Of a stretch of 64,000 nucleotides of DNA, positions 9,850-20,159 are shown in pieces. The stretch comes from a virus (lineage: Duplodnaviria; Caudoviricetes). A program made the translations under genes and the position numbers. How positions within the stretch are numbered: the stretch's first letter is position 1; each line of letters opens with the position of its first letter. Location of the stretch: the IMG/VR virus record IMGVR_UViG_3300024346_000005. One strand, written 5' to 3'. The notes beneath the pieces were generated by a model that worked only from the letters and a program-made list of their open reading frames with translations, made no database searches and was not told the DNA's origin.

Positions 9850-12012
9850 ATGCCGCTAAATTTAGCATCTCCTGGAATCGTAGTAAGGGAAGTTGATCTA
9901 ACCTCTGGTAGAGTCCAACCAGCTTCCAATAAGATTGGGGCAATTGTTGCACCTTTCGCAAAGGGACCTGTAGATTCGCCAACCTTAGTAGAGAATGAAA
10001 ATGATCTGCTGAATAATTTTGGCGAACCATACTCCACAGATAAGCACTATGAAAGTTGGATGGTTGCTTCATCCTACCTTTCGTATGGTGGTTCATTACA
10101 GGTAGTCAGAGCAGACGACGCCGATCTAAAAAATGCCCGTGTTGCATCTGTAGGAGTTGCAACCGTTAAAATTAAGAGTTTAGATCATTATGAAGAATTG
10201 GGGTATGATGAAAATACCATTCCAAATGTTATTGTAGCAGCAAGAAATCCTGGTTCTTGGGCAAACGGAATCAAAGTAGCAATTATTGACTCCAAGGCAG
10301 ACCAAATTTTAAGCGGTATTGTAACTACGCTTGCCAGAGTTGGTTACGGTGTAACTCAATCCCTTACCGGAAAAGCAGATGTTGGAACGGGTACTTCCAT
10401 ATCGTTAACTGGTTCTTATCTAAAAGGAATCATTACTGAGGTTGGTGCCAGTTCAATTGCTGTTAAGATTTTAAGTAAGGTATCCTCCGGAAATACAGAA
10501 ACAATTGTTGATTATCAACAAGACGGAACTTATTGCTTTACCGAATCTGGAATTGTCGGTATCGTTACAACCGGAGACTCTCTGGTTTCATTGGGAACCA
10601 CATCTTACGCTAGTGAACTTGATTGGTTCAGTCAGCAATATATTACTCCCAACATTCAGTGGAATAATCTAGCACCAGCACCAGGAACTTCGGCATTTGC
10701 AGAACCAAGAGGATCAAGATTTGATGAAGTTCACGTAGTAGTTATTGATGATTTGGGAACAGTTACTGGTAATGCCGGAACAATTCTTGAAAAGCATATA
10801 GGTCTTTCTAAGGCAACTGATGCGGAGTTTTCTGCCGGAAGTACTTCTTATTGGAGAAAATATATTGCCGCAGGTTCTGCAAATATCTTTGCTGGTGGTG
10901 CTCCTGCTGGTCTTACCACAACAGGATATGATCCGAATCAATTTGACTTAACGACCGATAATGGATGGGACCAACCCGCAGAAGGTATCATTTTTGGTGC
11001 CGCAGGTGCAAATACTTACACGTTAGCAGGTGGTCTTAACTATAATGGACAAACAGGAATTGGAACTACCGGTGCTCTTACCGCAACTCTAGCAGAACTA
11101 AAAGACGGATATGATTTATTTGAGAACACAGAAGATATCAAAGTAGATTTCTTATTGATGGGATCTGCTGGTTATGCGAAAGAAACTGCACAAGAACTAG
11201 CAAACAAACTTATTTCGGTTGCCGAACTCAGAAAAGATGCAATTGCCTTCATTTCACCTTACAGAAGTTCTGCCCTTACTGATACGTCAGTACAAACTGA
11301 AGTTACGGTTAGAAACTCTACTGATATTACAAATAATGTAATTAGTTTCTTCTCTTCCGTAGCATCTTCGTCTTATGCAGTATTTGATTCTGGTTATAAG
11401 TATATGTACGATAGATTTGCAAATACTTATAGATATGCTCCTTTAAACGGTGATATTGCCGGTCTTTGTGCTCGTAGTGACATTAATTACTTCCCCTGGT
11501 ATTCTCCAGCAGGAACCTCAAGAGGTGCCATCTTAAATGCTGTTAAACTTGCTTATACTCCAAGTAAGTCTCAGAGAGATCGTCTTTATACAAACCGAAT
11601 CAATCCAATCATCTTCTCACCAGGAGCAGGTATTATTCTGTTCGGTGATAAGACTGGATTAGCAAGAACATCAGCATTTGATCGTATTAATGTTCGCAGA
11701 CTCTTCATCTACCTTGAGGATGCTATTTCTCGTGCCGCTAGGGATGTGCTATTTGAGTTTAACGATGAAATTACAAGAACTAATTTTGTAAATACTATTG
11801 AACCATTCTTGCGTGATGTTCAGGCAAAGAGAGGCATCTTTGATTATGTCGTAATTGCTGATGAAACTAATAACACGGCAGCAGTTATTGATGCTAATGA
11901 GTTTAGAGCAGACATCTACATTAAACCAGCGAGATCGATTAACTTCATCGGTCTTACCTTTATTGCCACCAAGACTGGTGTTGATTTTGAAGAAATAATC
12001 GGCAACTTTTAA
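9850..12012 (+). CDS. gp18: Tail sheath protein gp18
   Basis: LASPGIVVREVD, PWYSPAG, FDRINVRRLF, IKPARSINFI. Confidence 0.95.
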   Translation: MPLNLASPGIVVREVDLTSGRVQPASNKIGAIVAPFAKGPVDSPTLVENENDLLNNFGEPYSTDKHYESWMVASSYLSYGGSLQVVRADDADLKNARVASVGVATVKIKSLDHYEELGYDENTIPNVIVAARNPGSWANGIKVAIIDSKADQILSGIVTTLARVGYGVTQSLTGKADVGTGTSISLTGSYLKGIITEVGASSIAVKILSKVSSGNTETIVDYQQDGTYCFTESGIVGIVTTGDSLVSLGTTSYASELDWFSQQYITPNIQWNNLAPAPGTSAFAEPRGSRFDEVHVVVIDDLGTVTGNAGTILEKHIGLSKATDAEFSAGSTSYWRKYIAAGSANIFAGGAPAGLTTTGYDPNQFDLTTDNGWDQPAEGIIFGAAGANTYTLAGGLNYNGQTGIGTTGALTATLAELKDGYDLFENTEDIKVDFLLMGSAGYAKETAQELANKLISVAELRKDAIAFISPYRSSALTDTSVQTEVTVRNSTDITNNVISFFSSVASSSYAVFDSGYKYMYDRFANTYRYAPLNGDIAGLCARSDINYFPWYSPAGTSRGAILNAVKLAYTPSKSQRDRLYTNRINPIIFSPGAGIILFGDKTGLARTSAFDRINVRRLFIYLEDAISRAARDVLFEFNDEITRTNFVNTIEPFLRDVQAKRGIFDYVVIADETNNTAAVIDANEFRADIYIKPARSINFIGLTFIATKTGVDFEEIIGNF

Positions 12013-12031
12013 TTAACAGAGGTTAAAAACT

Positions 12032-12622
12032 ATGGCAACCAGAAATCAATTAAATCCACCCCCTTTAAGGAAGATTACAGACTTCAAGAGTAAGTTATCT
12101 GGTGGTGGTGCTAGAAGTAACCTCTTTGAGGTTGTTCTTTCATTCCCAGATGCTGCTCCTGCTGACACTAATGTTCTCGACAAGTCTAGATTTTTAGTCA
12201 AAACGGCGGCACTTCCAGGTTCAACGGTGACTCCACTGGAAGTTGCCTTTAGAGGAAGAACTCTAAAATTAGCAGGAGACCGCACCTTTGAAAGTTGGAC
12301 GATTACCGTCATTAACGATACTGATTTTGCCATTCGTTCGGCATTTGAAAATTGGATGAATGTAATCAACCGAGTTTCTGATAACACTGGAGTTACTGAT
12401 CCTGCACTATATCAGGCAGATGCATTTGTTTACCACTTAGATCGTGATGGTTCAACTCTAAGAGCATATCATTTCTATGATTTGTTTCCAACAAATATCA
12501 GTCCAATTCAGTTAGCATATGAAACTGATGCAATTCAGGAGTTTACTGTAGAAATGCAAGTTCTCTGGTGGGAAGCAGTCAAGGGTGATTCTCCTGCTGC
12601 TGGTGGCGAAGATATCAACTAA
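12032..12622 (+). CDS. gp19: Tail tube protein gp19
   Basis: GGGARSNLFEV, FRGRTLKLAGDRTFESWTIT; follows the sheath gene. Confidence 0.93.
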   Translation: MATRNQLNPPPLRKITDFKSKLSGGGARSNLFEVVLSFPDAAPADTNVLDKSRFLVKTAALPGSTVTPLEVAFRGRTLKLAGDRTFESWTITVINDTDFAIRSAFENWMNVINRVSDNTGVTDPALYQADAFVYHLDRDGSTLRAYHFYDLFPTNISPIQLAYETDAIQEFTVEMQVLWWEAVKGDSPAAGGEDIN

Positions 12623-12654
12623 ATAAACTATAACAGGTAAGCATACTTTATAAG

Positions 12655-14319
12655 ATGGCGAAACTTTTTGGTTTTTCAATTGAGGATAATGAAAAAAAAT
12701 CCAAATCTATAGTCTCCCCCGTTCCTCCTAATAATGAGGACGGGGTTGATCATTATATCCAATCGGGTTTTTATGGGCAAACTATTGATATTGAAGGTGT
12801 TTACAGAACTGAATATGATCTAATTAGAAGATATCGTGAGATGGCTCTTCATCCAGAATGTGATGGAGCAATTGAAGATGTTGTTAATGAAGCAATTGTA
12901 AGTGACTTATATGATTCTCCAGTTGAAATAGAACTATCAAATTTGAATGCGAGCGATAAACTAAAAAAAGTTATAAGAGAAGAATTTAAGCACATCAAAG
13001 AAATTATGGACTTCGATAAGAAGTCTCACGAAATTTTTAAAAACTGGTATGTTGACGGAAGACTATTTTATCTCAAAATTATTGATGTAAAGAAACCTGA
13101 AGATGGAATTCAGGAATTGAGATATATTGATCCTATGAAGATGAAGCACGTTCGTCAGGAAAAAAAGACAAATAATAATTCTGGACCAAATTTATCTGCA
13201 CTTACCAATTTTAATGTAAATCAGGTTACATATCCAGAAATTGAAGAATATTTTATCTATACTCCAACCACTAATTATCCCTCAGGTACTTTTAGTTCAT
13301 CAGCAAAGAATTCGGTAAAGATAGCAAAAGATTCTGTTACTTACTGCACTTCTGGATTAGTAGATAGAAATAAAGGAACAGTACTATCATATCTCCACAA
13401 ATCAATTAAGGCACTCAATCAACTTAGAATGATTGAAGATTCTCTGGTGATTTACAGATTATCCAGAGCACCAGAGCGTCGTATTTTTTATATTGATGTT
13501 GGCAATCTTCCAAAGGTAAAAGCAGAGCAATACCTCAAGGAGGTTATGAGTCGCTACCGCAATAAATTAGTTTATGATGCACAGACAGGTGAAGTTCGTG
13601 ATGATCGCAAGTATATGAGTATGCTTGAGGATTTCTGGCTTCCAAGAAGAGAAGGTGGTAGGGGAACTGAAATAACAACTCTACCTGGTGGTCAAAATCT
13701 TGGCGAACTTTCAGATATTGAATATTTCCAGAAAAAACTTTATAGGGCACTTGGAGTTCCAGAATCCAGAATTGCTGGTGGTGGTGATGGATTCAATCTG
13801 GGACGTTCATCAGAAATTCTAAGAGATGAACTTAAGTTTTCTAAGTTTGTCGGACGCCTAAGAAAGCGTTTTGCAAATATGTTTAATGATATGCTTCGCA
13901 CTCAACTACTCCTTAAGAATGTTGTAACTCCAGAAGATTGGGAGATTATGAGCGATCATATTCAGTATGATTTCTTATATGATAATCATTTTGCCGAACT
14001 TAAGGAGGCGGAATTACTTACAAATAGATTGTCACTTGTTACTTCTATGGAGGCATATATCGGAAAGTATTTTTCTACCGAATATGTTCGTAAAAAGATT
14101 CTTCGTCAAACTGATTCAGAAATTATCGAAATTGATGCTCAGATTGATGATGAAATTGCTAAAGGTATTCTCCCAGACCCGAATGCTCAGGTAGATGAAA
14201 TGGGAAATCCAATTCCAGAAGGTGGGGAAGTTCCACCGGCAGAAGGAGTTCCAGAAGAAATTCCACAAGAACCTGTTGCTCCAGAACCTCCTCCAGAACC
14301 TAAAGGTGGCAAGATATAA
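12655..14319 (+). CDS. gp20: Portal vertex protein gp20
   Basis: WYVDGR, RAPERRIFYIDVGNLP, EDFWLPRREGGRGTEITTLPG. Confidence 0.96.
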   Translation: MAKLFGFSIEDNEKKSKSIVSPVPPNNEDGVDHYIQSGFYGQTIDIEGVYRTEYDLIRRYREMALHPECDGAIEDVVNEAIVSDLYDSPVEIELSNLNASDKLKKVIREEFKHIKEIMDFDKKSHEIFKNWYVDGRLFYLKIIDVKKPEDGIQELRYIDPMKMKHVRQEKKTNNNSGPNLSALTNFNVNQVTYPEIEEYFIYTPTTNYPSGTFSSSAKNSVKIAKDSVTYCTSGLVDRNKGTVLSYLHKSIKALNQLRMIEDSLVIYRLSRAPERRIFYIDVGNLPKVKAEQYLKEVMSRYRNKLVYDAQTGEVRDDRKYMSMLEDFWLPRREGGRGTEITTLPGGQNLGELSDIEYFQKKLYRALGVPESRIAGGGDGFNLGRSSEILRDELKFSKFVGRLRKRFANMFNDMLRTQLLLKNVVTPEDWEIMSDHIQYDFLYDNHFAELKEAELLTNRLSLVTSMEAYIGKYFSTEYVRKKILRQTDSEIIEIDAQIDDEIAKGILPDPNAQVDEMGNPIPEGGEVPPAEGVPEEIPQEPVAPEPPPEPKGGKI

Positions 14320-14322
14320 ATA
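14315..14322 (+). promoter_or_regulatory. Late promoter overlapping the gp20 stop
   Basis: Exact TATAAATA. Confidence 0.7.
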
Positions 14323-14346
14323 ATCTTATAATAATAAATTGTTTTT

Positions 14347-14514
14347 ATGGAAGAACTTATCGATTTGATTGCAACAGATGCTTCGGCATCCGATGTATCC
14401 GATAGAATTAAAGAAATATTATACGCAAAAGCATCGGACAGAGTTGATTCTGCCCGACCTTATATTGCGGCATCGATGTTTGGTGATGAAGACAATACGG
14501 AGGACCAAGAGTAA
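14347..14514 (+). CDS. Small acidic protein (55 aa) at the prohead-core gene position; absent from the ORF track
   Basis: Manually translated MEELIDLIATDASASDVSDRIKEILYAKASDRVDSARPYIAASMFGDEDNTEDQE; TAA overlaps the next ATG; late promoter upstream. Confidence 0.7.
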   Translation: MEELIDLIATDASASDVSDRIKEILYAKASDRVDSARPYIAASMFGDEDNTEDQE

Positions 14515-15041
14515 TGGCAATTAAGGTTGTACAAAAAGTAAATAGAATAACTGCAACTGCGGGTGCAGCAACTACTAGCAATCCTATTGCTCTTAAAAGT
14601 GGATATTTGAGAGTTTCTACTGGACTAACATCGGTCTATGTTGAAATTGATAGTGAACCTGTTGCCACCGTAAATTCTTTTCAAATTGGTCCATATGGTA
14701 ATGAAGTATTGAAAGAAAGACTTGCAAGACAAAAGATTGCGGGAATTACTACGGGAACATCAACAATTGTTTCTTTTAGTGAAAATGCAGGAAATCCATT
14801 TTTAGTTGGTGATTATGTTACTATCCAAAATGCCCAACCGGCAGGAATTAATACAGAACATAAATTAGTCACTCAAGTGCTTAATGATTCTTTAACAATT
14901 TCACACAATAGTTCTTCTATTGTTGGAGTAATTACTACAACTAATGCAAATATTGCAAGAAGTGTGAAAGTGAGTGTTCTTGCGGCAGATGGATCTCAAA
15001 ATGTAAGTATCACAGAAATCGTTCAGTTAGTCACCGAATAA
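14514..15041 (+). CDS. Hypothetical protein between portal and prohead protease
   Basis: 175-aa ORF, translationally coupled. Confidence 0.65.
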   Translation: MAIKVVQKVNRITATAGAATTSNPIALKSGYLRVSTGLTSVYVEIDSEPVATVNSFQIGPYGNEVLKERLARQKIAGITTGTSTIVSFSENAGNPFLVGDYVTIQNAQPAGINTEHKLVTQVLNDSLTISHNSSSIVGVITTTNANIARSVKVSVLAADGSQNVSITEIVQLVTE

Positions 15042-15043
15042 AA

Positions 15044-15694
15044 ATGAAACTCATCACAGAAGAAGTCTCACACGTAGAGTTTATTACCGAAAAAGTAGGT
15101 AAAGAAACTAAAACCTTTATTCAAGGAGTTTTCCTTCAGGGAGACATTTGTAACCGTAACGGTAGAATGTATCCGATGGAAACTCTTGCGAAAGAAGTGG
15201 CAAGATATAATGAAGCATTCGTTTGTAAAGGTCGTGCTCTTGGAGAACTCGGACATCCAGATGGTCCTACGGTAAATCTTGACCGTGTTTCTCATAAGAT
15301 TGTTTCCTTAGAACAAAAGGGATGCAATTTTATTGGTAAGGCACAACTTCTTGGAACTCCTATGGGTAAGATTGCCGAATCTCTTATTAAAGAAGGCGTT
15401 TGTCTTGGAGTTTCTTCTCGTGGTGTTGGATCACTCCAAATGACTAATGAAGGTCATAAAATTGTTGGTAAAGACTTTATGCTCGCAACTGCTGCTGATA
15501 TTGTGGCAGATCCTTCTGCTCCCGATGCTTTTGTACAGGGAATATTTGAAGGGAAGGAATGGATTTGGGAAGGAGGAATCCTTCGTGAAAGACTTGCAGA
15601 GCAAACAAAGAAGAGAATTAATACTCTTGTAGATGAAAAAACTCTACAAGAGCATAAAGTTCAATTGTTTCAAGATTTCTTAGGAAATCTATAA
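15044..15694 (+). CDS. gp21: Prohead core protease gp21
   Basis: NRNGRMYP, ALGELGHP, GVSSRGVGSL, DIVADPSAPDA. Confidence 0.95.
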   Translation: MKLITEEVSHVEFITEKVGKETKTFIQGVFLQGDICNRNGRMYPMETLAKEVARYNEAFVCKGRALGELGHPDGPTVNLDRVSHKIVSLEQKGCNFIGKAQLLGTPMGKIAESLIKEGVCLGVSSRGVGSLQMTNEGHKIVGKDFMLATAADIVADPSAPDAFVQGIFEGKEWIWEGGILRERLAEQTKKRINTLVDEKTLQEHKVQLFQDFLGNL

Positions 15695-15696
15695 AT

Positions 15697-15704
15697 TATA
15701 AATA
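15697..15704 (+). promoter_or_regulatory. Late promoter upstream of gp22
   Basis: Exact TATAAATA. Confidence 0.75.
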
Positions 15705-15734
15705 AATATAGATTATAATACAAGATCTAAAAAA

Positions 15735-16895
15735 ATGTCCGTTGGTAGAAATTTACAAGAAATGGAAAACGTAGTAACCAAAGGAGCCTCACCTGCCGAA
15801 ACTCCTTCAAAGAGTGCAACTCCTATTTTAACTCCAGGTCAAACTGGTTCTTGGGAAGATTTGGGTGGTCCAACTCCAGAAAATTATCGTCCCGATGACG
15901 ATTCTTCAAAACTCAAGGATCCTGCCACAACTCTTGCACAAGTTAGAGATGTTGTAAATGCTAAGGCATCTGCAGCAGATCCTATGAAAGGTGTTAAGGA
16001 AGAGACTGAAGAAGATGAAGATCTTGTCGATGAAGAAGATGAAGAAGAAGATGTAGTATCTGAAGAGTCTCACGAAGACGAAGAAGAAGATCCAAAACCA
16101 AAGAAAGGTAAAAAGTCTTCTAAAGAAGAAGAAGATGAAGACGAAGATGAAATGAAGGAAGACTTTGACATCGAAGAAGATGTTAATGCTCTCCTTGCTG
16201 GTGAGGATCTCTCGGAAGAGTTCCAAGAAAAGGCAAGAACAATTTTTGAGGCAGCAATCCGTTCTAAGGTTGTTGAAATCAAAGAAGAACTTCAAGAAAC
16301 TTATGAAAATGCACTCATTGAAGAAATTGAAGTAATCAAAGAAGGTCTTGTTGATCGTGTCGATGCATACCTTGAGTATGTTGCTGATGAGTGGGTTTCT
16401 GAAAACGCACTTGCAGTTGAGCACGGTCTCAAAACTGAAATGACCGAATCATTCCTCCAAGGAATGAGAGGTCTTTTTGAAGATCATTATGTTTCAATCC
16501 CTGAAGATAGATATGATGTAATCGAGAGTATGGTAGATAAACTTGATGAAATGGAAGGAAAACTCAACGAGCAAATTCAAAGAAATGTTGCTCTGAACAG
16601 AAGATTAGCAGAGTCGGTTGCCGATGTAATTTTTGCAGATGTCGCTGAGGGTCTTGCACTTTCTCAGAAGGACAAACTCGCTTCTCTTGCCGAAAATGTT
16701 GAGTTTGATAGTGAAGCAAACTATCGTGAGAAACTGGTAACTCTGAGGGAATCTTATTTCCCAACATATACTAGTGCTCAAAGAGATGACTCTGAAACCT
16801 TATCCGAAAGTACTGATGTCCAGTCCCAACAACCACAAGTTGATGGAAGAATGGCAACATACCTTCAGACTCTGGGAAGAGTCGCCAAACTGTGA
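15735..16895 (+). CDS. gp22: Prohead core scaffold protein gp22
   Basis: Acidic coiled coil, LSEEFQEKARTIFEAA, YLEYVADEW; sits between gp21 and gp23. Confidence 0.92.
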   Translation: MSVGRNLQEMENVVTKGASPAETPSKSATPILTPGQTGSWEDLGGPTPENYRPDDDSSKLKDPATTLAQVRDVVNAKASAADPMKGVKEETEEDEDLVDEEDEEEDVVSEESHEDEEEDPKPKKGKKSSKEEEDEDEDEMKEDFDIEEDVNALLAGEDLSEEFQEKARTIFEAAIRSKVVEIKEELQETYENALIEEIEVIKEGLVDRVDAYLEYVADEWVSENALAVEHGLKTEMTESFLQGMRGLFEDHYVSIPEDRYDVIESMVDKLDEMEGKLNEQIQRNVALNRRLAESVADVIFADVAEGLALSQKDKLASLAENVEFDSEANYREKLVTLRESYFPTYTSAQRDDSETLSESTDVQSQQPQVDGRMATYLQTLGRVAKL

Positions 16896-16945
16896 TTTTT
16901 TAAATAATAAACAATCAAACAAAAACTTTTAACAAGGTAAAACAA

Positions 16946-18328
16946 ATGCAAATGTTCAACGCAGAATATTTGCAGGAGAAGTGGGCACCAATTCTGGATT
17001 ATTCCGGAATGGATCAGATCAAAGATGCACATCGCAGATCTGTAACCGCTATCCTGCTAGAAAACCAAGAGAGAGAACTCCGCGAAGAGCGTGACTTCCT
17101 CTACGAATCTCCAACCAACTCTGGCAATGCTGCTGGTGCTTCCGGTGGATTTGGTGGCAGTGCTCAAGGATTTAATGCTGGACCTACAGCTGGTTTCGAC
17201 CCCGTTCTGATTTCGTTAATCAGACGCTCGATGCCTAATCTGATTGCTTATGACCTGTGTGGCGTTCAACCAATGAACGGACCTACTGGACTCATCTTTG
17301 CGATGCGTTCACGTTACACCAGTCAGTCTGGAACTGAAGCATTCTTTGACGAAGCAGACACAAGATTCTCTGCTCAGAGTGCTACCAACAACCTTGTATC
17401 AGGTAACGTCGGTTTCGGTACTACTGCTGCTCAGTCAGGAACCAACCCAAGCGTTCTGAACGATACTCCAACCGCAGGAACCTACAACGTTTCCACCGGT
17501 ATGAATACTGGCGATTCAGAAGCACTTGGTGATGGCAATGCATTCAACGAAATGGCATTCTCAATCGAGAAAGTCACTGTTACTGCTAAGTCCCGTGCTC
17601 TGAAAGCTGAGTATTCACTTGAGCTCGCTCAAGACCTCAAGGCAATTCATGGTCTGAATGCTGAAGCAGAATTGGCAAACATTCTCTCAACTGAGATTCT
17701 TGCCGAAATCAACCGCGAAGTTATCAGAACCGTATACAAGATTGCTAAGCCTGGTGCTCAAGCAAACACTGCTACTGCTGGTACTTTTGACCTTGACGTT
17801 GACTCCAACGGTCGTTGGTCGGTTGAGAAGTTCAAGGGTCTTATCTTCCAAATCGAGCGCGATGCTAACGCTATCGCCCAGCAAACTCGTAGAGGAAAGG
17901 GTAATATGATTCTTTGCTCCGCAGACGTTGCTTCGGCACTTGCGATGGCAGGAGTTCTTGATTACACCCCAGCACTCAACGCAAACCTGAATGTTGATGA
18001 TACCGGCAATACCTTTGCTGGCGTTCTTCAAGGTAAGTATAAGGTTTATATTGACCCATATTCGGCAAACGTTGCTCCTAATCAGTTCTACGTTGTTGGT
18101 TATAAGGGTTCTTCTCCTTATGACGCAGGTCTATTCTACTGCCCTTATGTTCCTCTCCAAATGGTTCGTGCCGTTGGTGAGAACACCTTCCAACCAAAAA
18201 TCGGATTTAAGACCCGCTACGGCATGGTCGCCAATCCATTCGCTGAAGGTACAACCGTGGGTCAGGGTGCTCTTAATAACAACCTCAACGCTTATTACAG
18301 GAGAGTCAAAGTTGCAAATCTCATGTAA
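16946..18328 (+). CDS. gp23: Major capsid protein gp23
   Basis: GVQPMNGPTGLIFAMR, KSRALKAEYSLELAQDLKAIHG, YCPYVPL, QPKIGFKTRYG. Confidence 0.97.
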   Translation: MQMFNAEYLQEKWAPILDYSGMDQIKDAHRRSVTAILLENQERELREERDFLYESPTNSGNAAGASGGFGGSAQGFNAGPTAGFDPVLISLIRRSMPNLIAYDLCGVQPMNGPTGLIFAMRSRYTSQSGTEAFFDEADTRFSAQSATNNLVSGNVGFGTTAAQSGTNPSVLNDTPTAGTYNVSTGMNTGDSEALGDGNAFNEMAFSIEKVTVTAKSRALKAEYSLELAQDLKAIHGLNAEAELANILSTEILAEINREVIRTVYKIAKPGAQANTATAGTFDLDVDSNGRWSVEKFKGLIFQIERDANAIAQQTRRGKGNMILCSADVASALAMAGVLDYTPALNANLNVDDTGNTFAGVLQGKYKVYIDPYSANVAPNQFYVVGYKGSSPYDAGLFYCPYVPLQMVRAVGENTFQPKIGFKTRYGMVANPFAEGTTVGQGALNNNLNAYYRRVKVANLM

Positions 18329-18354
18329 GGTTATAAACCTAATGTGATTACTAG

Positions 18355-18362
18355 TATAAATA
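18355..18362 (+). promoter_or_regulatory. Late promoter abutting the gp23 terminator, upstream of an endonuclease gene
   Basis: Exact TATAAATA. Confidence 0.65.
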
Positions 18363-18388
18363 AGAGAGTCTTACGACTCTCTTTTTTT
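18363..18388 (+). terminator. Rho-independent terminator after gp23
   Basis: AGAGAGTC-ttac-GACTCTCT followed by a T run. Confidence 0.8.
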
Positions 18389-19099
18389 ATGCAACATTTT
18401 ATATACAAGACCACACATATTTCTGGAAAATATTATATCGGAAGGCACTCAACTAAAAATATAAATGATGGATATTTGGGCAGTGGAAGATGGGTGAAAT
18501 CAATAAAAGAAAAATCAAATCTTTCGAGAGAAATACTTGAATATTGTAATAATGATAAAGAACTAATAGAAAAAGAAACTCTTTTAATAGAACAAAATAT
18601 ATCAAATTCTTTATGTATGAACTGGAACGATAAAGGTGTCGGTTGGTCGTCAAGGTTTAATCCATCCAAACTAAATCCAAGTAGATTTGCTGGAGATAAA
18701 AATCCAATGAAAAATGAAGAAGTTAGAAATAAAGTAAGTGAGTCTGTAAAAAAAGGATATGCCGAAGGAAGAATTCATCCCCTACTAGGCAAAAAACATA
18801 CTGAAGAATCTAAAGAAAAAAATAGACAAAAGCATCTTGGTAAAAAACTTTCACCAGAAACTATTGAAAAAATAAGAAATGCCAATATAGGAAAAGAACA
18901 AACAGACTACCAAAAGCAAAAAGCAAGAGAGGCAAATGAAAAAACTTGGAAAATAATCACACCAGAGGGAGAAGAAGTCATTATAACAAATCTACGCCAA
19001 TATTCCTTAGAAAGAGGTTTAGACCCAGGAAATATGATGCATGTGGCAAGAGGAAGGCAAAAGCAACATAAGGGTTATAAAGTATCTAAAGTAACTTAA
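18389..19099 (+). CDS. Free-standing GIY-YIG (Seg-like) homing endonuclease with NUMOD3-like repeats
   Basis: FIYKTT..GKYYIGRHST..DGYLGSG; GKKHTEESKEK / GKKLSPETIEKIR repeats; start placed at the ATG after the terminator. Confidence 0.8.
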   Translation: MQHFIYKTTHISGKYYIGRHSTKNINDGYLGSGRWVKSIKEKSNLSREILEYCNNDKELIEKETLLIEQNISNSLCMNWNDKGVGWSSRFNPSKLNPSRFAGDKNPMKNEEVRNKVSESVKKGYAEGRIHPLLGKKHTEESKEKNRQKHLGKKLSPETIEKIRNANIGKEQTDYQKQKAREANEKTWKIITPEGEEVIITNLRQYSLERGLDPGNMMHVARGRQKQHKGYKVSKVT

Positions 19100-19128
19100 T
19101 ATACAAATCACTCTAAATAAAAATAAAA

Positions 19129-19683
19129 ATGCCTTGCTCCTTCCCCAACCAAATTGATAATAGAAACTTTCTATCACCAGTTGGGTTTAAGTTTTCATTA
19201 GCAAAAGAACCTAAAGTTGCCTTTTTCTGCAATACGGCAAGAATACCAGAAATTACATTATCTCTCAACATCCAACCATCATACCTAAAAGATATTGATG
19301 TTCCTGGTGATAAAATTACGTATGGTGATTTATCTCTAAGATTTTTGGTTGATGAGAACATGGAGAACTATATGGCAGTTCATAATTGGTTGACAGGTCT
19401 TGGATTTCCAGAAACAGCACAGCAATATAAAGATTTAATAACTATAGTAAATGATACAACACAAGCACAAGACCCCAAAAGAGCATTTAGTGATGGAAGT
19501 CTTTATATTCTGAATAGTAGCTATAACACAACTGCCGTGGTAAAATTCAAGGATTTATTTCCAGTATCATTAAGTTCTCTTGAGTTTGATGCCACACAAA
19601 CAGACATTCAGTACTTTACAGCAGACGTAGCTTTCAAGTATACTGTGTATAATATCCTTGATAATAATAATCAACCCCTATGA
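19129..19683 (+). CDS. gp3: Tail completion / sheath stabilizer gp3
   Basis: NRNFLSPVGFKF, PGDKITYGDL, FLVDENMENY, LFPVSLSSLEFD. Confidence 0.88.
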   Translation: MPCSFPNQIDNRNFLSPVGFKFSLAKEPKVAFFCNTARIPEITLSLNIQPSYLKDIDVPGDKITYGDLSLRFLVDENMENYMAVHNWLTGLGFPETAQQYKDLITIVNDTTQAQDPKRAFSDGSLYILNSSYNTTAVVKFKDLFPVSLSSLEFDATQTDIQYFTADVAFKYTVYNILDNNNQPL

Positions 19684-20111
19684 ACCTTGATGAAATCCAG
19701 GAAATGTGGCAAAGAGATTCTGTCATAGACCCTGATAACTTACACGATGAATCACTAAAAATTCCTCAACTTCATTCCAAATATTATACTCTATATAATA
19801 CCATCACTCTTCTTCGTGAAAAAGCAAGAGAAACACATAATAGAGTCAGGTTGGAACGCTATAACTACTACACAGGAAAGGCAACAGCAGAGGTCTATGC
19901 CGAAGAACCATTTCCGTATAAGGTAAGAGAAAAGGACGCCATACAGAGGTATATGGACGCCGATGAGAGACTGTCTAAGATTGATTTGAAGATTAGATAT
20001 TATGATGTTATGCTTAAGTTTCTTGAAGAAGTCATTAAGATGATTACGAATAGAAATTACTCCATCAAGAATGCTATAGACTGGCACAAGTTTACGGCAG
20101 GGTATAACTAA
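19680..20111 (+). CDS. uvsY: Recombination mediator UvsY
   Basis: IPQLHSKY, RNYSIKNAIDWHKF; upstream of uvsW. Confidence 0.88.
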   Translation: MNLDEIQEMWQRDSVIDPDNLHDESLKIPQLHSKYYTLYNTITLLREKARETHNRVRLERYNYYTGKATAEVYAEEPFPYKVREKDAIQRYMDADERLSKIDLKIRYYDVMLKFLEEVIKMITNRNYSIKNAIDWHKFTAGYN

Positions 20112-20159
20112 ATAAAAATAAAATGAAAACTTACCCACCTTTTTATGTGTATTATTTTG

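Noticed and set aside
15990-16170. GAA/GAT-rich repeat-like stretch in gp22
   Set aside because: Ordinary acidic low complexity of T4-type scaffold proteins
18344-18388. Longer start for the endonuclease ORF given in the track
   Set aside because: The extension runs through the late promoter and terminator; ATG 18389 is more plausible. Track starts at 25003, 33063, 59324 and 61952 were shortened for similar reasons
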